From IMG/VR virus record IMGVR_UViG_3300045988_183451: DNA of 64,000 nucleotides; one strand, given 5' to 3'. The notes beneath the pieces are model-generated. The model saw only the letters and a program-made list of their open reading frames with translations. It ran no database searches and had not been told where the DNA came from. Position 1 is the stretch's first letter, and each line of letters begins with the position of its first letter. Both the position numbers and the translations under genes were made by a program. The stretch comes from a virus. Below, piece after piece: positions 10,322 through 20,930 of the stretch.

Positions 10322-12127
10322 ATGAATAAGAGTGAATATGTTTCATATTTATTAGATGATTTAGAAGAATTATTAGCAGATGAAGCTAAAAGTTCATATC
10401 ATTTAAGTGCAGCTAAAACTTTTGATGATGATAAAGACCCTATATTATTAGTGGATTATCCTAGCAGTTCTATGAGAGCTTATGTAATTCCTTATAGTAA
10501 GAGAATTGTAAAGGATGCTAATAATTATAGAGAAATTACAATGAATTTTGTTACTCAGTTGAGAGAGTTAAAAGAAAATATTATTTTAGATATAAATAAT
10601 TTCGAACATGCTCTTAATAATACTAATGATTTTATGAATATTTCAACAAATACAGAAATAGCAATGCCAGCACCAATAGCAAGATTACATTCAGATGAAT
10701 ATTATGAAGAATATGATACAGAAGATTACGCAGAATTTTGTGATACAGTACATGATTGGCTTAGAGATTATGAAGTAGAACATAATTGTGATATTTATGG
10801 TGCTGATTATGGAGCATTATATGATGATTACAATGATAATGATGATAGTTTTTTAGAAACTATGCTTAATAATCTTGATAAATTTGATATAACTTATCAT
10901 ACTGTTTCAGAAGATAGGCAGGAAGAATCTAATAATGCAGTTCAAGACTTAACAAGTACAGAGGAACAAGAAAGTGAAAATCCTTTAGATACTAATGAAA
11001 GAATAGTACTTAATCATACAGAAGATTATTATGATGATTTTGATACAGACGATTATGAAGAATTTAAAAATGCTGTAAATGATTATATTGAAGATTATAA
11101 TAAGACAGTTAGTGAAGATAAAAGAGTTGGTTCTCTTAGTGAGTTTATGTTAGAAGACCTTTATGAAAATGATTATTTAGATAATGATGATTCCTTTTTA
11201 GAAGTTATGGAAGATAATGTTGGAAAGATTGATTTTGAAGCAATAGAACACCACAATTTGATTCCAGATGAAAATGGATATATACCTCATCATGCAAGAA
11301 ATTATTATGAAGATTATGATACAGATTATTTAGATGAATTTACTGAAACAGCTAAAGAGTGGATTGAAGATTATGAACATCTAAATGGAGTTACAGTAAC
11401 AATAGATGAAGATGCATTTGATAAATTAAATGATATTTACCAGGATAATGATTATAGTTTTAATGCTACAATGGTTAATAATATAGGAAAGCTTTTTTAC
11501 ATTACTAATCATCCTGAAGAGTATTATAATAGATTAGATGGAATTATTAATGATGAAGACCATTTTGTTAAAAATGCTAAAGAATGGATTAATGATAATT
11601 CAAAGTATTTAGTTGATTTAGATAAAAATGATATAAACAACATAGATTATGAAGATATTTATGATAATTATTGTAACAATGGTATATCATTTGTAGACAC
11701 AATGCTTAATAGTATGGTTGATTATGGATATTTAAAGGAAGACCCAAGAGAAGGAAGGGTATTTGAAAGTCCTGAAAGACATACTCCTGTTGAGAATATT
11801 GATACTCATATTCAGAATAGAAGAAATACTTTAGAACTTAGAGAACTTTATAATGAGGCAAAGGATTTTGATAATGTTAAGGACAAGGTGAGAAATTTTA
11901 ACCTTAGTGAAAACGATTTAGCTAATCCTAACATTTATCATAATGATGATGGTGTCGGTCTTATTATTATTTTCGATGAAAATACCAAATTAAAAGTATC
12001 GAATAATCTGTTTGATAAGTGGGTAACTGATTACTTTGTGGATTACATCGCTGATTGCGTAATAGAAAACGAAAGAAGAGAAGATACTTTATATTCAGAA
12101 GAAACACAAGATATTTCTTTGGATTAA
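10322..12127 (+). CDS. highly acidic protein with 4-5 tandem repeats of about 100 aa (YY(E/D)(E/D)YDT(E/D)DY(A/E)EF...W(I/L).DYE); candidate DNA mimic
   Basis: Strong SD aaaaaggagtaaaaataATG; internal repeats visible in the translation. Confidence 0.6.
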   Translation: MNKSEYVSYLLDDLEELLADEAKSSYHLSAAKTFDDDKDPILLVDYPSSSMRAYVIPYSKRIVKDANNYREITMNFVTQLRELKENIILDINNFEHALNNTNDFMNISTNTEIAMPAPIARLHSDEYYEEYDTEDYAEFCDTVHDWLRDYEVEHNCDIYGADYGALYDDYNDNDDSFLETMLNNLDKFDITYHTVSEDRQEESNNAVQDLTSTEEQESENPLDTNERIVLNHTEDYYDDFDTDDYEEFKNAVNDYIEDYNKTVSEDKRVGSLSEFMLEDLYENDYLDNDDSFLEVMEDNVGKIDFEAIEHHNLIPDENGYIPHHARNYYEDYDTDYLDEFTETAKEWIEDYEHLNGVTVTIDEDAFDKLNDIYQDNDYSFNATMVNNIGKLFYITNHPEEYYNRLDGIINDEDHFVKNAKEWINDNSKYLVDLDKNDINNIDYEDIYDNYCNNGISFVDTMLNSMVDYGYLKEDPREGRVFESPERHTPVENIDTHIQNRRNTLELRELYNEAKDFDNVKDKVRNFNLSENDLANPNIYHNDDGVGLIIIFDENTKLKVSNNLFDKWVTDYFVDYIADCVIENERREDTLYSEETQDISLD

Positions 12128-12146
12128 AATAAAATAATATTGATTT

Positions 12147-12182
12147 AACCCTTTAGAGTAAAATCTAAGGGGTTATTTTTTT
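12147..12182 (+). terminator. rho-independent terminator
   Basis: aacccttt...aaggggtt hairpin followed by attttttt. Confidence 0.5.
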
Positions 12183-12191
12183 AATGAAATT

Positions 12192-12219
12192 TTACTTATT
12201 TTAATTTATATTGTATAAT
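12192..12219 (+). promoter_or_regulatory. sigma-A-like promoter (-35 TTTACT, extended -10 TGTATAAT)
   Basis: tttacttattttaatttatatTGtATAAT with about 16 nt spacing, 40 nt upstream of ATG 12262. Confidence 0.3.
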
Positions 12220-12261
12220 ATTGATATATAGATGTTGCAAAAATTATAGAAAGGTTAAAGT

Positions 12262-13065
12262 ATGTATTGGGAAAAATTTAATGAAACTTTATGGGATAAT
12301 GCAGATTTAACAAAACATAGAGAAATTAAAGATATTAGAAACATATATAATATAGATTCAAAGTTTCCTGTTATATATGTAGATATGGATGGAACATTAT
12401 TTCAATGGAATAGGATGAAAAGTAAAGAATATCCAGATGGAGTTACATCAGAAATGGTATTTAGTAAAGGATATTTTAGAAATTTAAAACCTAATGAAGG
12501 GATTTTAAATTTAGTTAAAACTTTATATGATAAAGGCTATAATATCAGAATAGCGTCTAAAGCAAAACATTTTGCTATTAATGAGAAGTATGAAAGCTTA
12601 ATGGAATATGTACCTTTTATTAAAAAAGAAGACATATTTTTTATTCCTTTAAATGCAAATAAGTCTGATTTTCTTCCTAATATAAAGTCTAACGATATAT
12701 TGATTGATGATTATAACCCTAATTTAGAAGATTTTAACGGAATTCCTATAAAATGTATTACAGAAATGAATTCAATTAATCCTAAATATAACTGGGTTGA
12801 AGAAAATGCTCCTGTATTTAAAAATATGGATAAAATAACTTGGTCTTTACTTAAAGAATGGAAATCATCACAAACTATAAGTGATAATTCTAAAATACAA
12901 AATTTAAAATACATCTATGATAAAAGCTTAATGACCTATGATAATTTTAAATATATGTGCAAGAATTTAGATATTGATTTAGATAGTATGTTACAAGAAT
13001 TTAATAAATATGATTATAAAGATTATAATGTAAATATTGATAAAGATGATATTACATTAGATTAA
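12262..13065 (+). CDS. HAD-superfamily 5'(3')-deoxyribonucleotidase-like (NT5C-like) hydrolase
   Basis: N-terminal PVIYVDMDGTLFQW DxDGT motif; later IDDYNP-type Asp motif. Confidence 0.55.
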   Translation: MYWEKFNETLWDNADLTKHREIKDIRNIYNIDSKFPVIYVDMDGTLFQWNRMKSKEYPDGVTSEMVFSKGYFRNLKPNEGILNLVKTLYDKGYNIRIASKAKHFAINEKYESLMEYVPFIKKEDIFFIPLNANKSDFLPNIKSNDILIDDYNPNLEDFNGIPIKCITEMNSINPKYNWVEENAPVFKNMDKITWSLLKEWKSSQTISDNSKIQNLKYIYDKSLMTYDNFKYMCKNLDIDLDSMLQEFNKYDYKDYNVNIDKDDITLD

Positions 13066-13328
13066 AAATACTTAAATTTTATAATGACTTTCTTCTAAAA
13101 AATCCGGATGTTAATATATATAATATTATTGTGTTTATAAAATTTAAGTAATTTAATATTAGAAATAAAGTTATTTGGAGTAGATGGATTTTTTCGGATG
13201 TAAAAATCCGTCTACCCCCTATAAGCTTAACTTATATTATTTATTTAATTTATAATAAACAAATTAGTAAGGAATAGTTTTTCCTTACTTTTTTTATACA
13301 TTTTCTCTTATTTTTCGTAAAGGTTATC

Positions 13329-13338
13329 ACACTATTAT
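13329..13338 (+). promoter_or_regulatory. conserved ACACTATTAT promoter-like motif
   Basis: ggttatcACACTATTATtatatag, 31 nt upstream of ATG 13369. Confidence 0.45.
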
Positions 13339-13368
13339 TATATAGAAAGGTTAATAATAGGTATTTTT

Positions 13369-13581
13369 ATGAAAAGAACACAAGCTATTATTCTATGTGA
13401 TGAAATTTATGATATTTGTCAAAATGATAAAAAAGCTGAAAGTATTGATAAATTGATGGATTTTTTATCTAAAAATAAAATAGTAAAAATAGATAAAACG
13501 CTAGATTATGAATGTAAAGGTCAAATGGATATTACTGACTATCCAGAATATTTGCCTGATGATTACGAAATAGGAGATTAG
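13369..13581 (+). CDS. hypothetical small protein
   Basis: ORF ending TAG, immediately followed by ATG 13584. Confidence 0.45.
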   Translation: MKRTQAIILCDEIYDICQNDKKAESIDKLMDFLSKNKIVKIDKTLDYECKGQMDITDYPEYLPDDYEIGD

Positions 13582-13583
13582 TT

Positions 13584-14657
13584 ATGGATATACAGATAAG
13601 TAGTTATAAAGATATAAATGAATATATTAAGAATATGACTTATAATTGTACAGTAGGTGATTATTTATCAGATAGTTGGAATAATATAGTATGTCTTTAT
13701 GCTAAGAATGATGCCAACATTCCTATTAACTGGCTTAAGGACTTAGAGAGGATAAATAGTATCCTTGAAACTAAAATATTGCCTTTAATGGCTTTAAGTA
13801 AAGATAGCAGATGTATTTATGATAAAGATAACAGGTTATTAGGAGTTTCTTATAAAGATTTTTTATATATGTCTGTAAATAAGGATAACACATATTATAT
13901 TGATACGATTTGTAAAAACAATAGATTAAAGACAGCAAAAGATATTGAAACAAAAGAATATAGCTGGAAAGATATTGAATTAGCGTTAAGAGTATTGGAT
14001 GATTTTAGTGAATACGGATATAATATTGATTTTGCCAATGAGTATTATAGATTAAAGGAAACTGATAAATCATTATTAATTAAGGCATTAGATTGTAAGA
14101 CTATAAAATATAATAAAGAAAATAAGCCTTATGTAAATGGAGTAAAGGTTTATAAATTTTTATTAGAGTGCATTAATAAGAATGAACTTAATTTAGCAGT
14201 ATCAATAAAAGATAGTTTTAACATTTTAAATTATACGCCTAATTATATTAAAATTGATAAAGATAACTATTTATTTAATGAAAGCGTTTTATTTAATGAT
14301 TGTGAAAATCAATGTAGAGATTATTGTGAATTTGATTATGATATATCTTATAATATTGATAGTAAAAAACTAAGCAAGTTTATGCCTTGTTATTTTGAAA
14401 ATCCAATAACTAAAGAGAAAATTTATTTACCTTTTGTTAAGGACGAAAAAAATAAGTTTATATCTTTTGAGGAAATAAATGAAGAGATAAAAAAAGGATT
14501 TTTTACAATACATAATCCAGTATCTAATGAGAAAGAGACACACTCTTTTAAAGAGTTCTTAGATATAGATATTAATAATTACATAGAAGCAAAAGATTAT
14601 AATATCAAGAAAGATAAAACACAGATTAAAGAAAAAGAAGATGAATTAGAAAAGTAA
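13584..14657 (+). CDS. hypothetical protein
   Basis: 357-aa ORF, tightly coupled to the upstream ORF. Confidence 0.55.
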   Translation: MDIQISSYKDINEYIKNMTYNCTVGDYLSDSWNNIVCLYAKNDANIPINWLKDLERINSILETKILPLMALSKDSRCIYDKDNRLLGVSYKDFLYMSVNKDNTYYIDTICKNNRLKTAKDIETKEYSWKDIELALRVLDDFSEYGYNIDFANEYYRLKETDKSLLIKALDCKTIKYNKENKPYVNGVKVYKFLLECINKNELNLAVSIKDSFNILNYTPNYIKIDKDNYLFNESVLFNDCENQCRDYCEFDYDISYNIDSKKLSKFMPCYFENPITKEKIYLPFVKDEKNKFISFEEINEEIKKGFFTIHNPVSNEKETHSFKEFLDIDINNYIEAKDYNIKKDKTQIKEKEDELEK

Positions 14658-14766
14658 AATATTAACAAAAAGGTAATCTATACTTTTAGATGTAGATTAC
14701 CTTTACTTATATTAAGAAAGTGTATTATAATGATAATATAATACAACGTGATTGGAGATAAGAAAT

Positions 14767-16950
14767 ATGAGTTTATTTAATATGTCAACAAGACCTAAAA
14801 ACAGATATGTAGAAGAACAAAAAAGAAAAAGGGCAGAATTAGAAAGACAGTTAGCAAGTATGCCTTATGAAGTATTATATAAAAAATATATGGAAGAGAG
14901 AAAAGCTGAAGAAAGTCCATATGTTTCTTGGGGAAATTCTGAACCTTACAAAAATGAATTATTAAAAAGACCAGAGTATCAAGCAAAATTAGCAGAAGAA
15001 GAAAGAAAATATGAAGAAAGGATGAATAAGAATTACCTTGAAAAAAAAGCGAAAGAAGAGAAAAAAGAAGCTGGAACTATGAAAAATATTTCTTTGATGC
15101 ATAAGTATACCACTAAGAATATAGCTACTGACTTTAATCCTAAGAAATTACCAATAACTAAACTAGAGGAACAAGAAAAAGATAAGTTCTTTCAACATTG
15201 TTTAATAACAAAAGATTATGTTAATGATGTTGTTTATGATATAGCCCTAAACAATATTTATAATCCAAATTATATAAAAGCTTTTTATAAAAAAGAATTA
15301 AAATGGGCTGATTATTTTTTAAGAGCTAGATTAATACCTTCAATAAAAGAAAGAAATTATAATGACCGTATTACTAAGGGTAAATATCGTGATATTAATT
15401 TCCCTTGTATAGAAGCAGATGATGTAGATAGCCACTTTTTTGAGAAGGATAAGGAAGATTTATATAAAAGAGGATGTAAAGAATATTGTAATATAGAATT
15501 TACTAATGTTGATTATACATTTAATATAGAAACTGCTTTTATGTTTCTTAAAGATATTGAAAAATATGGCTATGATGCTAATTTTCAGAATTATGATATC
15601 CCTGAATATGAATTAAGAGCAATACTTAGGTATAGACAAGAAAGAAAGATAACAAGAGAGGAATTCTTAAATCTAAGTGAGTATGGCAAATTACTTTGTA
15701 TAGATTTCATCTTAGAAGAAAAGCTTGACTTAGGTATATTTATGTTATCAAAGCCTATATATCTTGATTATAGTAAGATTGAAAAATGGGCTAAAGAACA
15801 GATGAATCTTTTCTTAAAAAGAGAACTTGGAATAGGCAGTGTAGGTAATAAGCATACAGATGCAGATTTATGGAATAATCAATTAGAAAAAAGATATTGG
15901 AATGACCCATATGTAGATATAGAATTAGCTAAAGATAAGCAATGTTTATCAACAGATTATATGCAATATCCATATTTATATCCTTTATACTATTATGATA
16001 AGAATAACAGGATAGTAGAATTGCCAGTATATTATTTAAAAGAAGATAAAAATGGTGATTTTAAAGACTACACAAAGCCTTACTATACATTAAAGACGAT
16101 GAATGAAGAATTATCAAAAAGTATAATAGCGTATCAGACAAATGATGCAAGATATACAGATTTATATGTAAAATCATTAGCAGAGTTAGCTGGAAGAAAT
16201 AGTACTAATTTTTCCATTAAGGATTTTTTTGATTATAGTGAAGTATACGAAGAATATATGGTAAATGAACAATATAAAAGAGAACAGACTCTTAACAAGG
16301 AAAAACTTTTTTATAATTATTATTGTCCTAATTATGCAAAGAATAGTGATATGAAATATAATGCTAATTATTCAACATATAAAGGAATACAGGAAAATTT
16401 TAAAACTAAAGAAGAATTAGACGAGTATAACAAATGGTGGGATGATATATGTAGAAAGAATGTTGAAGAAGCAAAATGGCGTATAAATCAAATTATTAAA
16501 GATAGAGATAATAATAGATTTGACCCTAATTTAGCAGATGAACTTATCACGAAATTAGAAAGAATGATTTCAAAATATGAAAGTGGAGATAAAACCAGTA
16601 ATAGGGGAGACATATTAGAAGAAGTCGAAAAAGAATGTGATATTGAATTTAGAAAATATCAATATCTTGACAAATATGGAGAACCAGAAACAGAAGATGA
16701 TGATATAGATTCTATTGAGGATACTAATACTTTTACTGATAGTATTGATAATAATGAAGAGGAAATAAAAAAAATAGAAGAAGAAATACAGAATAGGTAT
16801 TTACATAATAAGATAACTCCTGGTTTAGGAGAAGAGATTAAATATAAACTTGCTAATAATTTAATGGATGTGGATGAAGCTTTAGAATTATTAAAAAGAG
16901 ACAAAGAGAATTATGAAAATGTAGATGAATACAATCATAATATTGAATAA
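14767..16950 (+). CDS. hypothetical protein, K/E-rich N-terminus
   Basis: SD ggagataagaaatATG at 14767 preferred over track TTG 14752; upstream hairpin aggtaatctata/tgtagattacct. Confidence 0.55.
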   Translation: MSLFNMSTRPKNRYVEEQKRKRAELERQLASMPYEVLYKKYMEERKAEESPYVSWGNSEPYKNELLKRPEYQAKLAEEERKYEERMNKNYLEKKAKEEKKEAGTMKNISLMHKYTTKNIATDFNPKKLPITKLEEQEKDKFFQHCLITKDYVNDVVYDIALNNIYNPNYIKAFYKKELKWADYFLRARLIPSIKERNYNDRITKGKYRDINFPCIEADDVDSHFFEKDKEDLYKRGCKEYCNIEFTNVDYTFNIETAFMFLKDIEKYGYDANFQNYDIPEYELRAILRYRQERKITREEFLNLSEYGKLLCIDFILEEKLDLGIFMLSKPIYLDYSKIEKWAKEQMNLFLKRELGIGSVGNKHTDADLWNNQLEKRYWNDPYVDIELAKDKQCLSTDYMQYPYLYPLYYYDKNNRIVELPVYYLKEDKNGDFKDYTKPYYTLKTMNEELSKSIIAYQTNDARYTDLYVKSLAELAGRNSTNFSIKDFFDYSEVYEEYMVNEQYKREQTLNKEKLFYNYYCPNYAKNSDMKYNANYSTYKGIQENFKTKEELDEYNKWWDDICRKNVEEAKWRINQIIKDRDNNRFDPNLADELITKLERMISKYESGDKTSNRGDILEEVEKECDIEFRKYQYLDKYGEPETEDDDIDSIEDTNTFTDSIDNNEEEIKKIEEEIQNRYLHNKITPGLGEEIKYKLANNLMDVDEALELLKRDKENYENVDEYNHNIE

Positions 16951-17034
16951 AGCTTGTTATTGTGTTAAGATGATTTTTAGTGTATTATACATACATATTA
17001 TATTTAACTTCTATAAAGATAAAGAGGTTGTTTT

Positions 17035-17400
17035 ATGACGTCAAATAAAAAAAGTGATAAATTTTTAAACAATATAATAGAAAAAATGGATATACATGAT
17101 AAATGTAAAATACAAATAGAAAAACAGGAATCAGAAATAACAAAAGATGTATTTAATATTTATCGGTTTAAAGAAACACAAGATGATTTATTGCATCAAT
17201 TAGAAGAAACAAATTATTCAATGACCAGAATAGAAGAAATAAAAACAATTTTTTTAAATTATGATAGTTCTTCTATAACCTTTAATACAGCAGAAAAATT
17301 AATAGAAGCTCAAAAACATGTAAAAGAAACACATTCATATGAAGACAATATAAAAAATACTTTTTTCTCTAAAATAGGTAATCAGATTTTTCATAAATAA
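17035..17400 (+). CDS. hypothetical protein
   Basis: SD aaagaggttgttttATG. Confidence 0.45.
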   Translation: MTSNKKSDKFLNNIIEKMDIHDKCKIQIEKQESEITKDVFNIYRFKETQDDLLHQLEETNYSMTRIEEIKTIFLNYDSSSITFNTAEKLIEAQKHVKETHSYEDNIKNTFFSKIGNQIFHK

Positions 17401-17435
17401 AAATAGATACAAACTTAAATAAGGGGAAATAAAAA

Positions 17436-17750
17436 ATGAATGAATTAAACATATATGCTAATTATAATTATCGGCGATTAATAAAAAATGCAAATAGACA
17501 GTTGAATAATAGTAGACTAGAACGCAGAACAGTATTTGCTCCTAAAAATAAAGGATATTTAATTGCAATATATAAATACAATATCCATATTATATACGAT
17601 AACTTAGAAGGACTACAAATAGTAAAACAGTTTGTAGAAGACAATATAAAAAACAAAGAAGTTGTTTTACAATATAAGAATAATTCAGATGACATTGTTA
17701 ATAGTATAAGACAGAAAAATACAATATTAAAGGAAAGATATAATGAATGA
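17436..17750 (+). CDS. hypothetical protein
   Basis: SD aaggggaaataaaaaATG. Confidence 0.45.
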   Translation: MNELNIYANYNYRRLIKNANRQLNNSRLERRTVFAPKNKGYLIAIYKYNIHIIYDNLEGLQIVKQFVEDNIKNKEVVLQYKNNSDDIVNSIRQKNTILKERYNE

Positions 17751-18153
17751 ATTTAATAAAATAAAGTTAATATTGAAAGATAACGGTATCAACTTTTTAA
17801 AAGCAGATGTATTAGATAAGTCTAAAGATATAATTTGTACTCCTTATAAAGGAATAAAAGATAGCAACAACCGTATATTTATTTTTATGCAATATGATAT
17901 TAGTAACAAAATTTTATCTTATTATTTAGTTGAACAGATAAATCCTGATTTAGATATAGATAAGGTAAAATCAAAATTATTAGATATGAATAGTAAAAAT
18001 ATAGGAATATTTAAGACAAATGATAATATGTTAATCTATGAAATAAACTTATCTTTAAATGAAAATAAATTTGTATTTTCAAATTATATGGATAATACAT
18101 TAAATTGCATAGAAACATATGAGTATTTGAAAGAACAGCAAATTATATTATGA
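17743..18153 (+). CDS. hypothetical protein
   Basis: ORF overlapping upstream stop (ATGAATGA). Confidence 0.45.
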   Translation: MNEFNKIKLILKDNGINFLKADVLDKSKDIICTPYKGIKDSNNRIFIFMQYDISNKILSYYLVEQINPDLDIDKVKSKLLDMNSKNIGIFKTNDNMLIYEINLSLNENKFVFSNYMDNTLNCIETYEYLKEQQIIL

Positions 18154-18539
18154 AAGATAATACTCAAAATAAAATAATAAAAACAATATATGATTTTATC
18201 TTATTTATTACTTTATTTTCATTGATTATTGTTCGTTTGATACTATGGAATAAAGATGTAAATTGGATATGGATTTTAAATTATTTAGGAATGGCTATCG
18301 CTAGTTTTAATTTACTTATAAATAGAATTGTAGGTTATAAAGATGTAAATTATTCATTTTTAGGATTATTAATTATAGTTATAATAATTGAAATTATATT
18401 ATTTTTCGTTATTAATTTTCTTCAATCTACAAGTTATGTTGATTTAATTAATGACGTTATTACTCTATTAGCTATATTATTTAGCATTTCTCCTAGTGTA
18501 TGGGATGTAATTTTAAATATAATTGAACAATATATATAA
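18150..18539 (+). CDS. small integral membrane protein
   Basis: Multiple hydrophobic segments; ATGA overlap with the upstream gene. Confidence 0.45.
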   Translation: MKDNTQNKIIKTIYDFILFITLFSLIIVRLILWNKDVNWIWILNYLGMAIASFNLLINRIVGYKDVNYSFLGLLIIVIIIEIILFFVINFLQSTSYVDLINDVITLLAILFSISPSVWDVILNIIEQYI

Positions 18540-18653
18540 CAATATATAAAGTAGACAAAAATGTATTAACAACGATAATATATATAATTGAAAATTATTT
18601 CTGACATTTTTAGACAGACGATTTATGATATATTTCATTTTGGGTGACAGAAA

Positions 18654-19304
18654 ATGAAAGTTATATTTTTCAATAGTATAAAAGTTACGACAGAAAAGAA
18701 AAGGAGTAAACTTATGTATGAGAATTTAATTGATGAACTTAATACAAAACCTGCAAATAACTATGTCGTAAAAGAAGCTGAAATATTAGCAGATAAAGTT
18801 CTTGAAATAGGAGGATATGCAGGGAAAAATGCAACAATGCCTATTGTAAAAATCGCTAGTCAATTTGGATTTAAAACTTATCAAGCAAACAATATGCCTG
18901 ATGACATTTCAGGAAATATATTTGTAGGTGGAAATACTTATAATGATTATGGTAATGACAAAATTATAATTGTTGATGCTAAAGAACCCCTTCCTCATCA
19001 ACGATTTATTGTAGCCCACGAATTAGCACATTATTTGCTGGATTATGTTGGTAATGAATCTTATACTCCAGAAATAATATTCTCAAAAACTTATCCTAAA
19101 ATAAATCACGAATCTTTTGATGAAATAAGAGCAGATAGATTTGCAGCCGAATTACTTATGCCTAAAAATGTATTTATGTCTGAATATATAAAAGCTATGC
19201 AAAAATCAGATGGTAATTATGAATATGTTATACCTTATCTTTCTGAATTGTTTACGGTAAAAGAAGCATGTGTAAGAAAAAGGATAAAAGAAGTATTTGA
19301 ATAA
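18654..19304 (+). CDS. ImmA/IrrE-family zinc metallopeptidase
   Basis: IVAHELAHYLLD HExxH plus downstream RADRFAAELLMP, the characteristic ImmA/IrrE (COG2856) signature; alternative start ATG 18714 with SD aaaaggagtaaactt. Confidence 0.6.
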   Translation: MKVIFFNSIKVTTEKKRSKLMYENLIDELNTKPANNYVVKEAEILADKVLEIGGYAGKNATMPIVKIASQFGFKTYQANNMPDDISGNIFVGGNTYNDYGNDKIIIVDAKEPLPHQRFIVAHELAHYLLDYVGNESYTPEIIFSKTYPKINHESFDEIRADRFAAELLMPKNVFMSEYIKAMQKSDGNYEYVIPYLSELFTVKEACVRKRIKEVFE

Positions 19305-19328
19305 TATTAAAATAACAAAGAGGACAAT

Positions 19329-19910
19329 ATGAAAAATGATGATATATTATTAACACATATTCAGTATACAGATGATTATATTTCGATATTAGATGCTTAT
19401 AAAAAGCATTTAGAAGAATCTACAAAAAATAAATTAGAGTTAAAGAAGAAATTTTTTTCAACAATTAATTTAATAATGTATGTTTCTACTTTTGCGTTTG
19501 TTGGCACTATTATTTTATCAACTATTATATTTATTATTTCAATATATAAAAATAATAGTTCAGTTGAAATAATTGCTGGGTCTATCGTAACAATGGTAGC
19601 TTCGTTTGTAACAATGGTAGTAACTATTTTTAAATTACCAGAAATTATAGCTCATTATTTGTTTAACAAAAAAGAAGATAAACAAATGGTACACATTATA
19701 GAAAATATACAACAGTATGAAATTAATGCTGTAAAAACAGAAGAATTACATAGCCAAGCAATAAATGATGCTACTGAAGTTAAAACCATAAATAAAACAA
19801 GTCAGAAAAATCTTGAAGATTTTATTATGAAAAATTTAGCCTATATAGACCCATCTATTAAAAACAAACCGATTAAAAAAACTTATAAGTTAAACGGTAT
19901 TAAAGTATAA
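19329..19910 (+). CDS. membrane protein
   Basis: SD aagaggacaatATG; two TM segments in the centre. Confidence 0.5.
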   Translation: MKNDDILLTHIQYTDDYISILDAYKKHLEESTKNKLELKKKFFSTINLIMYVSTFAFVGTIILSTIIFIISIYKNNSSVEIIAGSIVTMVASFVTMVVTIFKLPEIIAHYLFNKKEDKQMVHIIENIQQYEINAVKTEELHSQAINDATEVKTINKTSQKNLEDFIMKNLAYIDPSIKNKPIKKTYKLNGIKV

Positions 19911-20060
19911 CAATATTTATAAGCTCTTTCTTTAACACAGCAATGTGTTATTGGAAGGGCTTTATTTTTTTGCTTTTTTATATGGACTATTCACTTTTGT
20001 TATTAATAATTCCTTTTTATTTGAACCTTAAAAATAAAATATAAACTTTTTTTAACAATA

Positions 20061-20078
20061 ACACACTACTATATATAG
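20061..20078 (+). promoter_or_regulatory. degenerate variant of the conserved motif (ACACACTACTATATATAG)
   Basis: 60 nt upstream of the 20137 start. Confidence 0.3.
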
Positions 20079-20136
20079 ACAACAAATAAAAGCTGTCTAC
20101 TATATATTGATTTAAAGTGAAATAATAGAAAGTAGT

Positions 20137-20664
20137 GTGATTATTATGATGGGAAAGCAGCATTTGACATTTGGATTAGCAACAGGAGCTATTACCATTT
20201 TTACATTAAAAGAATTAGGTTATACAGACATATGGAATAATTCTCCTTATTTATTATGTATAACGGCATTAGGTTCATTACTTCCAGATATTGATAATCC
20301 TAATACAACATTAGGAAGTAAGGTGGAATTTTTAAGTAATTTTTTGTATTGCACAATAGGACATAGGACTTATACGCATGATTTATTTTTAATGTTGTCA
20401 TTAATGTTCCTTACAATAACAAAATGGAATAATATGTTTCTATGGTTTTTATGGCTTGGAATAATGGGGCATTTATTTTTAGATAGTTTAACAGCTAATG
20501 GAATTCCATTTTTTTATATCTTTAATAAAAAGAATTTACATTTAATACCTTATAAATTTAGATTTCATTCAAATAGCTCTACAGCTAAGATAGTTACAAT
20601 AATGTTCTCATTTATATATGGCTTATGTAATTATTATTATCTGACGTCTTTAAATATCCTCTAA
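20137..20664 (+). CDS. membrane-bound metal-dependent hydrolase-like protein (YdjM/DUF457-like)
   Basis: TM-rich with LLPDIDNPNTTLG and HRTYTHD motifs. Confidence 0.4.
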   Translation: MIIMMGKQHLTFGLATGAITIFTLKELGYTDIWNNSPYLLCITALGSLLPDIDNPNTTLGSKVEFLSNFLYCTIGHRTYTHDLFLMLSLMFLTITKWNNMFLWFLWLGIMGHLFLDSLTANGIPFFYIFNKKNLHLIPYKFRFHSNSSTAKIVTIMFSFIYGLCNYYYLTSLNIL

Positions 20665-20686
20665 TTATTTAGAGGATATTTTTTAT
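20654..20686 (+). terminator. rho-independent terminator
   Basis: Perfect 9-bp stem atatcctct/agaggatat with 8-nt loop then tttttt, overlapping the stop at 20664. Confidence 0.55.
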
Positions 20687-20790
20687 TAATAATTTTTAAT
20701 CCTAAAATATCAAATCTTATAAAAAATCCAAAATAAAAAACAAAAAAATATAAAAAAATATTATTTTTTTTCATTAAAAAAAAATATAAC

Positions 20791-20800
20791 TCACTATTAT
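20791..20800 (+). promoter_or_regulatory. conserved CACTATTAT promoter-like motif with no ORF downstream for about 320 nt
   Basis: ataacTCACTATTATattataat; the downstream region contains a tRNA-like minihelix. Confidence 0.4.
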
Positions 20801-20930
20801 ATTATAATCATTAATTTTTTCTTTTCGTTTATATTAATGGTTATTTATTTAAGTCTTATCTTAAATAAAACTCCTTTCTTTTGGTATTTGTTAGTAACAA
20901 TCGCTAAAAATAATTAATTTTATTTTTAGC

